Shown: positions 10,413 through 20,835, numbered from the stretch's first letter. The stretch is DNA of 64,000 nucleotides from Saprospirales bacterium (GCA_016719895.1 JADJYG010000031.1:130288-194287); one strand, 5' to 3'. The notes: generated by a model not told the origin, from the letters alone. Translations and numbers: made by a program.

Positions 10413-11618
10413 ATGGAAACGCTCGCCACCACTTTTGGCCAATTGGCCACCCAAACGGAAACGCTTGAAGTATCGCGCAAACACCAGCCGCTCTTCATCG
10501 GCATTCCGAAGGAAACGACTCTCCAGGAAAACCGTGTGGCCCTGGTGCCGCATTCGGTGGCTACGCTGGTGGCAAACGGGTACCGGATATTGGTAGAAGC
10601 GGGCGCCGGCCAAAAAGCCAAATTCAACGATCACGACTATTCCGAAGCCGGGGCCGAAATTGCACAGAGCCGGGAAAAAGTGTACCAAGCTGACCTGCTG
10701 GTCAAAGTAGCCCCACCTACGCTCGAAGAGATCGACCTGATGCGGCCCAACCAGGTGGTTATTTCGCCCATCCACCTGCCGTTACTCCATCCGGAATATA
10801 TCACCAAGCTGCAAAAGCGCCGGGTCATCGCCCTGGCGATGGAATATATCCGCGACGATGAAACCGGCGTATTCCCGATCGTACGCGTGATGAGCGAGAT
10901 CGCCGGTACCAGCGCTATACTCATCGCCGCCGACCTGTTGTCGACTGCCCGTGGTGGCAAGGGCGTGTTGCTGGGTGGCATTGCCGGAGTGCCGCCGGCC
11001 AAGGTCATCATTTTGGGCGCCGGCGTGGTGGCGGAGTTTGCGTCGCGCACCGCCATCGGCCTGGGCGCCGAGGTACGGATATTTGACAACAACGTATACA
11101 AGCTGATGCGTCTGCAAAAACACGTAGGCCGACAGTTGCACACCTCCGTCATCAATCCGATGCACCTGCGCGAGCAATTAATCACTGCCGATGTGGCCAT
11201 CGGGGCCATGCACTCCGGCCACGGCCGCACGCCGGTGGTCGTACCGGAAGATATCGTACGGGCTATGAAACCCGGTTCTGTCATTGTGGACGTCAGCATC
11301 GACCAGGGCGGCATTTTCGAAACCTCTCAAACGACAAGCCTCGAAAAGCCGACCTTCGTCAAACACGGCGTTATCCATTATTGTGTGCCCAATATACCTT
11401 CCCGCGTGGCGCGCACCGCCTCCGACGCGATCAGCAATATCATTACCTCGCTTTTACTTAAGGCCGAGTCGGGGGGTATCCTTTCGCTTATCACCAGCCA
11501 CGAAGGTTTGCGCAACGGCGTGTACACCTACAAAGGCTGCCTGACCAACGCTTACCTGGGCGAACGCTTTCAGTTGAAAAGCACAGACCTGGATTTGTTG
11601 ATCACCTCCGATTTTTAG
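10413..11618 (+). CDS. ald: alanine dehydrogenase family NAD(H) oxidoreductase
   Basis: 401 aa from the ATG at 10413; the track ORF from 10083 adds an R/P-rich leader that overlaps tsaE. N-terminal IGIPKETTLQENRVALVP and Rossmann segment KVIILGAGVVAEFA match the AlaDH/PNT family. Confidence 0.8.
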   Translation: METLATTFGQLATQTETLEVSRKHQPLFIGIPKETTLQENRVALVPHSVATLVANGYRILVEAGAGQKAKFNDHDYSEAGAEIAQSREKVYQADLLVKVAPPTLEEIDLMRPNQVVISPIHLPLLHPEYITKLQKRRVIALAMEYIRDDETGVFPIVRVMSEIAGTSAILIAADLLSTARGGKGVLLGGIAGVPPAKVIILGAGVVAEFASRTAIGLGAEVRIFDNNVYKLMRLQKHVGRQLHTSVINPMHLREQLITADVAIGAMHSGHGRTPVVVPEDIVRAMKPGSVIVDVSIDQGGIFETSQTTSLEKPTFVKHGVIHYCVPNIPSRVARTASDAISNIITSLLLKAESGGILSLITSHEGLRNGVYTYKGCLTNAYLGERFQLKSTDLDLLITSDF

Positions 11619-11648
11619 CGTTGCCGCACGCGGGACAAAAATCCGCCG

Positions 11649-12581
11649 CTACTGGTCCCAGCATTCCCGGGCGAGCAGGTTGGCAAATTCTGGGTCGCGC
11701 AGCAGCCGCTGGTACGATTCGCGGTTGTTATGCAGGTTTTGGTGGGGCAAAGCGGTTTGAAAGATCAAATCGGCCAGCCGGCGCCAGCCTTTGTGCCGGA
11801 GGGTGAGCTTAGCCACGCACAAGCCATGGCCGGCAGTGGCGCTGGGGTGCGCCTGCACTTCTGCCAGGCGGGCTTCCTCCAGGTAAACAGCCAGTGTTTG
11901 ATCCGTCGGAAGGTCGAAATCGACCCGGTGAATTTGCGGTTCCGAAGGCAGGTAATGCACGGCGAACGCATCGCGGTCGTGCAGCGGAAAACCATTGGGC
12001 AGGATGATCTGCCCGGTATCGGGCACGTAAAAACGCCCGGAAACCTGGTCGTTCGCTTCGGTGGTGAATCCGTAAAAAACCTGGCGGGACAATGCCACTT
12101 CCACCAGCACCAACCGGGCTACGGCGCTGCGCCCCCCGGCGCGCAGCCGTTGTTCGTTTTCCGGTGTCAGGCGGCTGGTCAGCCCCGTGCCGGCGATACG
12201 TTTTTCCGCCTGCCGGTGGTTATACCAGCGCAACCCGAAAAAAACACAGGAAACGACTAAAACCAGGCCGGTAACCAGGATCGCCATATACTTGCGGTTG
12301 CGGCGTTCATCGGCCTTGCGCAGGCGGTTGCGCGGTGTATCCACCGTTTTATTTACCTGAAAATCATACGAAAACCCTACTTTCTCTTTATACACATATA
12401 CCTCGCACAGTTCATCTTCGACAAAAAAAGAGTAGATGCGGGATTCTTTCACCGAAAAATCGACCTGAACGATGCGGGCGTCGCAATGCAGCAGCAAGTG
12501 TCCCGCACGGTCGCTGTGGTACAAGCCGATCCGGTGGCGGCCGCCGAAGTCATCCAGGTAAACCCAACCAACCTGTGCCAT
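11649..12581 (-). CDS. hypothetical membrane-anchored protein
   Basis: 310-aa ORF with one central TM segment (YMAILVTGLVLVVSCVFFGL). No family assignment. Confidence 0.55.
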   Translation of the reverse strand: MAQVGWVYLDDFGGRHRIGLYHSDRAGHLLLHCDARIVQVDFSVKESRIYSFFVEDELCEVYVYKEKVGFSYDFQVNKTVDTPRNRLRKADERRNRKYMAILVTGLVLVVSCVFFGLRWYNHRQAEKRIAGTGLTSRLTPENEQRLRAGGRSAVARLVLVEVALSRQVFYGFTTEANDQVSGRFYVPDTGQIILPNGFPLHDRDAFAVHYLPSEPQIHRVDFDLPTDQTLAVYLEEARLAEVQAHPSATAGHGLCVAKLTLRHKGWRRLADLIFQTALPHQNLHNNRESYQRLLRDPEFANLLARECWDQ

Positions 12582-12772
12582 GAAGCGGTGTATACGTTGA
12601 TTTTCGAGCGTGAAGTATTGCGGCCGATTGGGGTAGTGGTTAAACGATTGTCGCGGAATTTGTTGTGAAAGGTAAATCGAATTTCAAAAATTTTAAGTGG
12701 CGCGCATAAAGAACGGCAGGCCCGGTAGGTCCGGATCTGCCGCCTGGTATGTAGCCCGCAAGGATTGCGCGA

Positions 12773-14116
12773 TCAAGCGATCTCCGAACCAACCCGTTTT
12801 TTCCCTTTCACTTTTGGCCGGCCTACACTGATATACTGGAAACCCAGGCTTTTCATTTGTTCGATGTCGTACACATTGCGGCCGTCGAAAATCACCGGTT
12901 CTTCCAGCAGGTCCTGCATGCGTTCGAAATCGGGTGTGCGAAACTCGCCCCACTCCGTCGTTATGGCCAGGCAATCGGCATTTTTAAGGGCTTCGTACAT
13001 GTTTTGCGCGGGTTTTATTTTATCGCCATAAATCGCTTCCACATTTGCCATGGCTTCCGGGTCAAAGGCTTGCACGCGGGCGCCTGCGGCCAGCAATTCG
13101 TCGATCATCACCAGGGCAGGCGCCTCCCGGATATCGTCGGTGTTGGGCTTAAAGGCCAGCCCCCACACGGCAATGGTTTTGCCCGCGAGATTGTTTTTGA
13201 AAAAGCGCCGGATTTTTTTGGTCAGGGTGCTTTTTTGCGCAGCATTCACCTTCATCACCGCTTTCAGTATCTTGAAATCGTAACTGTGCTCGCTGGCTGT
13301 TTTAGCCAGGGCTTGCACGTCTTTGGGGAAGCAGGATCCGCCATAACCGATGCCCGGGAAAAGAAAACGCTTGCCGATACGGCTGTCGCTGCCGATGCCG
13401 ATGCGCACCTGGTCGACGTTGGCGCCGAGTTTTTCGCAGAGGTTGGCGATTTCATTCATAAAGGAAATACGCGCAGCGAGGTAGGCATTGGCGGCATATT
13501 TGGTCATTTCGGCCGAGCGTTCATCCATAAAATAGATCGGATTGCCCTGCCGGACAAACGGCTCGTAAAGTTGTTTCATCAAGCGGCGCGCCTTTTCGCT
13601 GCGGACGCCCACCACTACGCGGTCGGGCTTTAGAAAATCTTCCACGGCGACGCCCTCGCGTAAAAACTCGGGGTTCGACACCACGTCGAACATTTTCTTC
13701 GGCAGTTTTTCCGCCAGGATAGCAGACACTTTTTCGGCGGTTCCAACCGGCACGGTGCTCTTGTCCACCACCACCTTGTACTCCCGGATCATACCCGCCA
13801 ATTCGCGCGCCACCCCCATGATAAAGGAGAGGTCGGCGCTGCCGTCGCCGCCGGGAGGTGTCGGCAAAGCCAGAAAGATGATCTGACTATGCTCCACGGC
13901 CGCGCGCAGGTCGGTGGTGAAAGACAGCCGGCCCTCTTTCGTGTTGCGCTCGAACAGGACGTCCAGGCCGGGTTCGTAAATCGGAACTTCGCCGTTTTTA
14001 AGGCGTTCGACTTTCTGTTTGTTGATATCAACGCAGATGACGTTGTTGCCCGTTTCGGCAAAGCAGGTGCCAGTAACCAACCCTACATAACCGGTACCAA
14101 CTACGGCAATATTCAT
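12773..14116 (-). CDS. ugd: UDP-glucose 6-dehydrogenase
   Basis: N-terminal Rossmann MNIAVVGTGYVGLVTGTCFAETG, catalytic-Cys motif GGSCFPKD and C-terminal UDP-binding region. Confidence 0.9.
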   Translation of the reverse strand: MNIAVVGTGYVGLVTGTCFAETGNNVICVDINKQKVERLKNGEVPIYEPGLDVLFERNTKEGRLSFTTDLRAAVEHSQIIFLALPTPPGGDGSADLSFIMGVARELAGMIREYKVVVDKSTVPVGTAEKVSAILAEKLPKKMFDVVSNPEFLREGVAVEDFLKPDRVVVGVRSEKARRLMKQLYEPFVRQGNPIYFMDERSAEMTKYAANAYLAARISFMNEIANLCEKLGANVDQVRIGIGSDSRIGKRFLFPGIGYGGSCFPKDVQALAKTASEHSYDFKILKAVMKVNAAQKSTLTKKIRRFFKNNLAGKTIAVWGLAFKPNTDDIREAPALVMIDELLAAGARVQAFDPEAMANVEAIYGDKIKPAQNMYEALKNADCLAITTEWGEFRTPDFERMQDLLEEPVIFDGRNVYDIEQMKSLGFQYISVGRPKVKGKKRVGSEIA

Positions 14117-14260
14117 ATTCTGAAGTATTTTGTCAAATTTATTTAAATGGCCCGCAAAGATAACGCGCCAAATCCTGTTTTTCCAGCAGGGGAATTATTC
14201 CCTGCATAATGAAATAATATTTGGACTAAACCAATACATTTGGACAACTGAAAATCTGTA

Positions 14261-15400
14261 GTGGTTATGTCCCTTGTATTCCACCGTACTTTCCACCTGT
14301 TTTGGGCGACCGGTTTTCTGGTTTGCCTTCGCTGCTGCCCCCTTTCCGCACAAACGCTGAAAGACGGGGATAATATCGTGCCAAACCCGGGATTTGAGCG
14401 CTTCGTCAGCCCGCCGGTAGGCTGGTCGTACAAAGGCGCCTATTTTGCCCAGGTGGTTAAATATTGGTTCAGCGCCACCACCGCCAGCCCCGATGTGTAT
14501 GGTCCCGGTGTAAAAGTACCGCAGGACTGGGCGGACAAGGGTTTTGGCGAGCAGGCGGCACACCAGGGCCGCTGCATGGCCGGGCTAACGCTCTACGGCT
14601 GTACCAACGGCAAGCCGCATTGCCGCGAGTATGTGGAAATCCAGCTGGCCGAGCCGCTCGTGCCGGGCCAAACCTACCACGTCGAGTTTTGGGTTACCCA
14701 CCTCAAACGCTCGCTGCAGATCAACAAGTTGGGCGCTTATTTTTCAGAAAAACGCATCCAGCGGCAATCCGACGAATTGCTGGCCCTTGCGCCGCAATTT
14801 GTCGCCGGGAAATTAGTGGTCGCGCCCGGCGGCAGGTGGGTCAAACTCAGCGGCCAGTTTCAGGCCGCCAATGAAGCGGAGTACCTGACCCTCGGCAATT
14901 TTTCAGAGGACAGCGCCACCCAAACCAGTGCCTACCGTGCCGACTGCTTTAACTATGCCTATTATTACATCGACGATGTCCTGGTAAAAAAAGTGCCGCC
15001 TTTCGCGGCGGTACCCATCAAATCCGACGACCTGACCCGGCAACCGCTCGAAGAAGGGAAAGCCATTCAGTTGAAAGATATTTACTTTGAATTCGACAAA
15101 CACGAACTGATGCCCCGCTCGTACGTCGAGTTGAATAAATTGCTCCGGATATTGCGCGAAAACCCCGGCGTTCACATCCAGATTGTGGGGCATACCGATA
15201 ATATCGGAAAGCCGGATTACAACAAGTACCTGTCGCGGAAACGGGCTAAATCAGTGGCGCTGTTTTTGATGGAAAACGGAATTTCCGCCAGGCGCCTGCG
15301 TTACCATGGCGAAGGCGAAAGCCGGCCGGTAGCGACCAACGACAGCGAGGAGGGGCGTTTTAAAAACCGGCGGGTCGAGTTTGTGATCCTGAAGCGCTGA
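14261..15400 (+). CDS. OmpA-family peptidoglycan-binding protein
   Basis: Signal peptide, then a C-terminal OmpA_C domain (IVGHTDNIGKPDYNKYLSRKRAKSV...NRRVEFVIL). Confidence 0.8.
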   Translation: MVMSLVFHRTFHLFWATGFLVCLRCCPLSAQTLKDGDNIVPNPGFERFVSPPVGWSYKGAYFAQVVKYWFSATTASPDVYGPGVKVPQDWADKGFGEQAAHQGRCMAGLTLYGCTNGKPHCREYVEIQLAEPLVPGQTYHVEFWVTHLKRSLQINKLGAYFSEKRIQRQSDELLALAPQFVAGKLVVAPGGRWVKLSGQFQAANEAEYLTLGNFSEDSATQTSAYRADCFNYAYYYIDDVLVKKVPPFAAVPIKSDDLTRQPLEEGKAIQLKDIYFEFDKHELMPRSYVELNKLLRILRENPGVHIQIVGHTDNIGKPDYNKYLSRKRAKSVALFLMENGISARRLRYHGEGESRPVATNDSEEGRFKNRRVEFVILKR

Positions 15401-15440
15401 CGCCGGCTGCACGTCTGATCTGTAACCAATTCTTTTTGCT

Positions 15441-16334
15441 ATGCAACAAAAACACTTCCTTCCGGCGCTTTTTGCGCTGTTTGCCGGGCTGCTGACAGCC
15501 CAACAAGTACCCGACACGACCTTCGCTTACCCAGTCGCACAACCCCGTTTTGCCGCCGGAAGCGGGCCGGCCGTTTGGCTGGATGAAGCACACTTCAATT
15601 TCCACACGCTTGCCGGGCGGTATGCTTCTTTTGGAAAACTGCTCCGGCAGGATGGCTACCAACTGACCTCCAACCGCCTGCCGTTTACGCCAGCCAACCT
15701 GGCCGATTGCCATATTCTGGTGATTGCCAATGCCCTCGATAGCACAAGCAATACCGCCTGGGTACTGCCCAACCGCTCGGCCTTTAGCCCCGCAGAGATA
15801 CAGGCCGTACGCGACTGGGTGTTTGGTGGCGGGCGCTTGTTCCTCATCGCCGACCATATGCCTTTTGCCGGTTCGGCGCAGGACCTGGCTCGCGCCTTCG
15901 GCGTCGAAATGCTCAATTGCTTTGCTTCAGACAACCGCAGCCGCGCCTGCGAACGGTTTTTCCGGAGCAACAATACCCTGCTCGACAACGAAATAACCCG
16001 GGGAATCGATACGGTCGTGACCTTCACCGGCAGCGCCTTCAAACTACCTAAAGGCGCCCAACCCGTGCTGGCTTTGCACCACTACACCCTGCTGTCGCCC
16101 CAGGTCGCCTGGCAATTCACCGAAACCACGCCGCACCGCGACAGTCGCGGGTGGTATCAACTGGGCTACCTCCGCTACGGGAAAGGAAAAGTGGTCGTTT
16201 CGGGGGAAGCCGCCATGTTCTCCGCCCAGCTGACCGGCCCCAACCGGAACCCCGTCGGCATGAATCAGCCGGAAGCCCGGCAAAATCCAAAGCTCCTGTT
16301 GAACATCCTGCATTGGCTGGACGAAAAACAATGA
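15441..16334 (+). CDS. hypothetical secreted protein
   Basis: 297 aa with signal peptide MQQKHFLPALFALFAGLLTAQ. Coding-like composition; no family recognised. Confidence 0.6.
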   Translation: MQQKHFLPALFALFAGLLTAQQVPDTTFAYPVAQPRFAAGSGPAVWLDEAHFNFHTLAGRYASFGKLLRQDGYQLTSNRLPFTPANLADCHILVIANALDSTSNTAWVLPNRSAFSPAEIQAVRDWVFGGGRLFLIADHMPFAGSAQDLARAFGVEMLNCFASDNRSRACERFFRSNNTLLDNEITRGIDTVVTFTGSAFKLPKGAQPVLALHHYTLLSPQVAWQFTETTPHRDSRGWYQLGYLRYGKGKVVVSGEAAMFSAQLTGPNRNPVGMNQPEARQNPKLLLNILHWLDEKQ

Positions 16335-16558
16335 GTGCGCCAGCGTACCGCCTGCAAGGCACTGTCTGGCATCGTTTCAACAAAAAGGACTTTTCATTTT
16401 TCCAGGCAACGTGGAAATATCTGCACCGATAAACATATGTTTGCGCCCATATTTATGGGTGAAATTTTATAAAAAACAGAACCCTTTCCAAACCAGAAAC
16501 GGTGTTCGGATAATCAACGCCTTCTCCATTCCTTCGCCGGACACATAACGGTTACCCA

Positions 16559-17875
16559 ATGCAACTCGACACCTTCGAAGTCATCGGCGGCACGCCCCTG
16601 CACGGCGAGCTCCACCCCCAGGGCGCTAAAAATGAAGCCCTCCAAGTCATCAGCGGCGTACTGCTCACGGACGAGCCGGTTACGGTTTCCAATATTCCGG
16701 ACATTCTCGACGTCAACAAACTGATCGAACTCCTGCGCGGCCTGGGCGTCACGGTAGAACAACTGGCGCCGGACACCTACCGGTTTTGCGCCGGCTCGCT
16801 CGACATCGATTACCTGCGTTCCGACACGTTTATGAAAGATGCCCAGCGCCTGCGCGGCTCCGTGATGCTCATCGGCCCCCTGCTCGCGCGTTTCGGCCGG
16901 GCTGCCCTGCCCAAACCCGGCGGCGACAAAATCGGCCGCCGCCGGCTCGATACCCACTTCCTGGGCTTCCAGCAGCTGGGCGCCGAATTCAAATACGACG
17001 ACGAAAAGGACATCTACTACGTGCAACAGCCCAACGGCGGCCTCCGGGGCGCTTATATCCACCTGGATGAAATTTCGGTGACCGGCACCGCCAACGTGGT
17101 CATGGCAGCCGTGCTGGCCCGGGGCAAAACCACCCTCTACAACGCCGCTTGCGAACCCTACGTACAGCAACTCTGCCGTATGCTCAACGCCATGGGCGCC
17201 AAAATTGACGGCGTCGGCTCCAACCTCCTCCACATCGACGGCGTGGAACAACTCGGCGGCGCCCAGCACCGCTGCCTGCCCGACATGATCGAAGTGGGCA
17301 GTTTTATCGGCCTGGCGGCCATGACACAGTCCGACATAACGATCAAAAACGCCGGGGTCGATCACCTGGGCATCATTCCGCACACTTTCGATCGGCTGGG
17401 CATCGCCATAGAGCGCCAGGGCGACGACCTCCACATCCCCCCGCACGAGCACTACGAAATCAGCACGTTTATCGACGGCTCTATCCTGACCATTTACGAC
17501 GCCCCCTGGCCGGGCTTTACGCCCGACCTCATGTCGATCGTGCTGGTAGTGGCCACACAGGCGCGCGGCAGCGTGCTCGTTCACCAGAAAATGTTTGAAA
17601 GCCGCCTGTTTTTCGTGGATAAACTGATCGACATGGGCGCCCAGATCATCCTCTGCGACCCGCACCGCGCCACCGTCATCGGGCTCGACCGCCGCTCCCA
17701 ACTGCGCGGCATCGAAATGACCTCGCCCGATATCCGCGCCGGGCAGGCGCTGCTGATCGCCGCCCTTTCGGCCAAAGGCAAAAGCGTCATCCACAACGTC
17801 AACCAGATCGACCGTGGCTACCAGTATATCGACAAGCGCCTGAACGCCATTGGCGCCCGGATATCGAGGATTTGA
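16559..17875 (+). CDS. murA: UDP-N-acetylglucosamine 1-carboxyvinyltransferase
   Basis: 438 aa, alignable end to end with MurA (KNEALQVI, PGGDKIGRRRLDTH, RAGQALLIAAL). The active-site loop carries Asp (codon 16925-16927) where E. coli has Cys115. Confidence 0.95.
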   Translation: MQLDTFEVIGGTPLHGELHPQGAKNEALQVISGVLLTDEPVTVSNIPDILDVNKLIELLRGLGVTVEQLAPDTYRFCAGSLDIDYLRSDTFMKDAQRLRGSVMLIGPLLARFGRAALPKPGGDKIGRRRLDTHFLGFQQLGAEFKYDDEKDIYYVQQPNGGLRGAYIHLDEISVTGTANVVMAAVLARGKTTLYNAACEPYVQQLCRMLNAMGAKIDGVGSNLLHIDGVEQLGGAQHRCLPDMIEVGSFIGLAAMTQSDITIKNAGVDHLGIIPHTFDRLGIAIERQGDDLHIPPHEHYEISTFIDGSILTIYDAPWPGFTPDLMSIVLVVATQARGSVLVHQKMFESRLFFVDKLIDMGAQIILCDPHRATVIGLDRRSQLRGIEMTSPDIRAGQALLIAALSAKGKSVIHNVNQIDRGYQYIDKRLNAIGARISRI

Positions 17876-18021
17876 GCGTATTTATGCCGTTTTTCGCCCC
17901 CGGGTTTTGAAGAAGCAAGAAGATTTCCTGCGGTGTTTTCAATAAAGCGCGCTACCTTTGTCTGCTGATTACCCCCAAACCACAACCCGATGCACAATAA
18001 TCCGATCGATTTTTTGAGGAA

Positions 18022-20625
18022 ATGAAGGTTTCGCTGAATTGGATTCGAGAATTTCTCGACCTAGATAAAACACCCGAAGAAATCGCCGACATATTGACCT
18101 CGCTGGGCCTGGAAGTGGAAGGATGGGATGCCGTGAAACCATCGCCGGTAGACTTGGATAAAGTCGTAACCGGCCGGGTTTTAGAGTGTGTACGCATACC
18201 GGATACCGACCACCTTTCAGCCACCAAAGTAGATGTTGGCGATGGCACGATCCGCTCCATTGTGTGCGGCGCGCCAAACGTTGCGGCCGGCCAGTATGTG
18301 CTGGTCGCTCTTCCTGGCACAAATGTACGGAGTAAAGACGGCCAGCTGTTCGAGATCGGCGAGCGCAAGGTGCGCGGCGTGCCCTCGCAGGGCATGATCT
18401 GTGCGCAAGACGAGTTGGGCATCGGCCACGACCATTCCGGCATCATGGTCCTGCCGGAAGGCGTCCGCCTGGGTATATCCGCCGCACAATACCTCCAGCT
18501 CGCCACTGATGTGGTGTATGAGATCGGACTGACCCCCAACCGCGCCGACGCAACCAGTCACCTGGGCGTGGCGCGCGATCTGCTGGCCTGGGTCCGCCAC
18601 CACGAAAACCCGCAAGCTACTCTCCGGCTTCCGGCCGCACCGCCGGTTTCTGTACCTGACCCAGGCCAGGGCACAACGATCGAAGTACACGTCGAAAATA
18701 CGGAAGCCTGCTCCCGCTATACCGGTGTGTTGCTCCAGGGGGTGCAGGTACAGGAAAGCCCCGGCTGGCTGAAAGACCGGTTGCTGGCCCTGGGCCAACG
18801 GCCGATCAACAACGTAGTGGACGCGACCAACTACGTGCGCCTCGAACTCGGCCAACCCCTGCATGCCTTCGATGCCACCCGGATACAAGGCAATAAAATA
18901 CGGGTAAAAACCCTGCCCGCCGGCACTATTTTTAAAAGCCTGGACGAAGTGGACCGCCAACTCTCCGCTGACGACCTGATGATCTGCGACGGCGACTCGA
19001 ACCCCATGTGCATCGGCGGCGTTTTCGGCGGCGCCACCAGCGGCGTGACGATGGGCGCCTCCAGTGTTTTCCTGGAAAGCGCTCGCTTCAACCCCTCCTG
19101 GATCCGCCGCTCCATGTTGCGCCACAACCTGCGCACCGACGCAGCCTGGGCCTTTGAAAAGGGCGTGGACCCCAACGGCTGCCGCATAGCGCTGCAACGT
19201 GCCGTCGACCTTATTCGCCAACTCGCCGGCGGCGAAATAGCCTCTGCAGTGACGGACATCTACCCGAAACCCGTGGAGCCGGCCCGCATACCGGTGGAAT
19301 ACGGCCGGATCAACAGCCTCATCGGCGAAAACCTGCCCCCTGCAACGGTTAAAAATATCCTGGCCGCCCTGGAGATCGGCGTGGAATCGGAAACAACTGC
19401 CGGCTTCACTGCCGTGGCGCCGACCAACAAACCCGACGTCGTCCGTGAAGCCGACATCGTAGAGGAAATCCTACGGATATACGGTCTCGATACCGTAGCC
19501 ATGCCGGCACAGTTGCGTACCAATATGGAGATCAGCCCGCGCCCCGACCCCGACGCCGTGCGCAACCTGGCTGCTGATTTTCTGGCCGCCAACGGGTTCT
19601 ACGAGTGCATGAGCCTCTCGCTCAGCAATTCGGCCTACTATACCGGCGAAAATGCCCCGCTTCCATTCCCAAAAGAAATGCTGGTGTATGTGCACAACAC
19701 CGCCAACCAGGGGCTCGATTGCCTCCGGCCCAGTATGCTGTTTGGCGGCCTGGAGACCATCCGCCACAACCAAAACCGCCAAAATCCGGATTTGCGTCTG
19801 TTTGAGTTTGGGAAAACGTATGCAAGCCCCCCCCGGCCCCCCCATGAGGGGGGGAGTAGCGTGTTGAGGGATGCTCCAGGAAAGGGTATTAATAGCCCCG
19901 CTCCCCTCGATGAGGGGGGAATGGGGGATGCTCCAGGAAAGGGTATTAATAGCCCCGCTCCCCCCCACATGGGGGGGCCGGGGGGGGCCTCCGAAACATC
20001 CCGCCTCGCCATCTTCCTCACCGGAGCCCACCACCCGGAAAGCTGGCAGCCGGGACCAAAAACAGCGGTCGATTTTTATACGCTTAAAGCATACGTACAG
20101 AATCTGCTGGCGCGCCTGGGGGTGAGCGGCTACCAGGAAACCGTTGTACAGGAAACACGGTTCCGGGTAGCGCTTCGGTATCACCGCGGCCCGAAGGAAT
20201 TCGTGACGTTTGGCCGTGTGCTACCGGCTATTGCCAAAAAGATGGACGTTAAAAATGCCGTCTATTACGCCGATTTTAATTTTGATAACATACTGCCGGC
20301 GTTGGCAGCCAACCGGATACAGTTTCAGGAGATGAACCGTTTTCCGGTGGTCCGCCGCGACCTGGCACTGGTGCTGGACCGCGGAGTGACCTTTGCGGAA
20401 ATCCGCCAACTGGCCGGCAAAACCGTGAAGAAGCTACTGAAAGAGGTCAATTTGTTCGACATTTTTGAGGATGACGAAAGGCTCGGCGCGGGAAAAAAAT
20501 CCTACGCTGTGAGTTTCCTTTTTGAAGACCCGCAAAAAACGCTACAGGATAAAGAAATCGATGCCCTGCTACAACAATTGCAGCAGGTATTCGAACAACG
20601 ACTAAACGCAACCATTCGCAAATAA
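18022..20625 (+). CDS. pheT: phenylalanine--tRNA ligase beta subunit
   Basis: 867 aa with N-terminal tRNA-binding fold (VVTGRVLECVRIPDTDHLSATKVDVGDG), B3/4, B5 and C-terminal FDX-ACB domains. Contains an in-frame repeat insertion at about 19827-19987. Confidence 0.95.
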   Translation: MKVSLNWIREFLDLDKTPEEIADILTSLGLEVEGWDAVKPSPVDLDKVVTGRVLECVRIPDTDHLSATKVDVGDGTIRSIVCGAPNVAAGQYVLVALPGTNVRSKDGQLFEIGERKVRGVPSQGMICAQDELGIGHDHSGIMVLPEGVRLGISAAQYLQLATDVVYEIGLTPNRADATSHLGVARDLLAWVRHHENPQATLRLPAAPPVSVPDPGQGTTIEVHVENTEACSRYTGVLLQGVQVQESPGWLKDRLLALGQRPINNVVDATNYVRLELGQPLHAFDATRIQGNKIRVKTLPAGTIFKSLDEVDRQLSADDLMICDGDSNPMCIGGVFGGATSGVTMGASSVFLESARFNPSWIRRSMLRHNLRTDAAWAFEKGVDPNGCRIALQRAVDLIRQLAGGEIASAVTDIYPKPVEPARIPVEYGRINSLIGENLPPATVKNILAALEIGVESETTAGFTAVAPTNKPDVVREADIVEEILRIYGLDTVAMPAQLRTNMEISPRPDPDAVRNLAADFLAANGFYECMSLSLSNSAYYTGENAPLPFPKEMLVYVHNTANQGLDCLRPSMLFGGLETIRHNQNRQNPDLRLFEFGKTYASPPRPPHEGGSSVLRDAPGKGINSPAPLDEGGMGDAPGKGINSPAPPHMGGPGGASETSRLAIFLTGAHHPESWQPGPKTAVDFYTLKAYVQNLLARLGVSGYQETVVQETRFRVALRYHRGPKEFVTFGRVLPAIAKKMDVKNAVYYADFNFDNILPALAANRIQFQEMNRFPVVRRDLALVLDRGVTFAEIRQLAGKTVKKLLKEVNLFDIFEDDERLGAGKKSYAVSFLFEDPQKTLQDKEIDALLQQLQQVFEQRLNATIRK
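19827..19987. mobile_element. MITE-like insertion inside pheT, read through in frame
   Basis: 17-bp terminal inverted repeats: C8GGC7 (19827-19843) and G7CCG8 (19971-19987). C7-ATGA-G7 and C7-ACAT-G7 hairpins sit at the ends. An internal 39-nt direct repeat (19868-19906, 19925-19963) has a 57-nt period. Confidence 0.6.
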
Positions 20626-20835
20626 ATGACCGCACACCCGCTCCCGATCGAAAGCGAGGGGAAACGGCAGCCGGATTTGCAAAGCATTTTTTATAAAACG
20701 AGTTGAAACGAACGGCCAATGGATGGGGTGTTGTGCATGCAGTACGCTGGATTGGAACGATTTATGCTGGAATATGCTGTTCCATATAAGCGTGCCGCAT
20801 TTGCCCGGCGCTTTTTACTACCGACCGATTACACC

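Noticed and set aside
16514-17794. Long antisense ORFs opposite well-supported genes. Examples: 16514..17794 opposite murA; 40314..42578 and 42266..43399 opposite the nSTAND/SIR2 operon; 33538..35643 opposite the giant adhesin; 7384..8514 and 8905..9912 opposite murF-alr; 18217..19221 opposite pheT; 45537..46640, 57791..59077 and 59750..60568 in the mobile element.
   Set aside because: These are shadow ORFs typical of GC-rich DNA. Their translations are low-complexity (G/A/R/V/H-rich) with no motifs. In each case the opposite strand encodes a protein with clear family signatures or better coding character.
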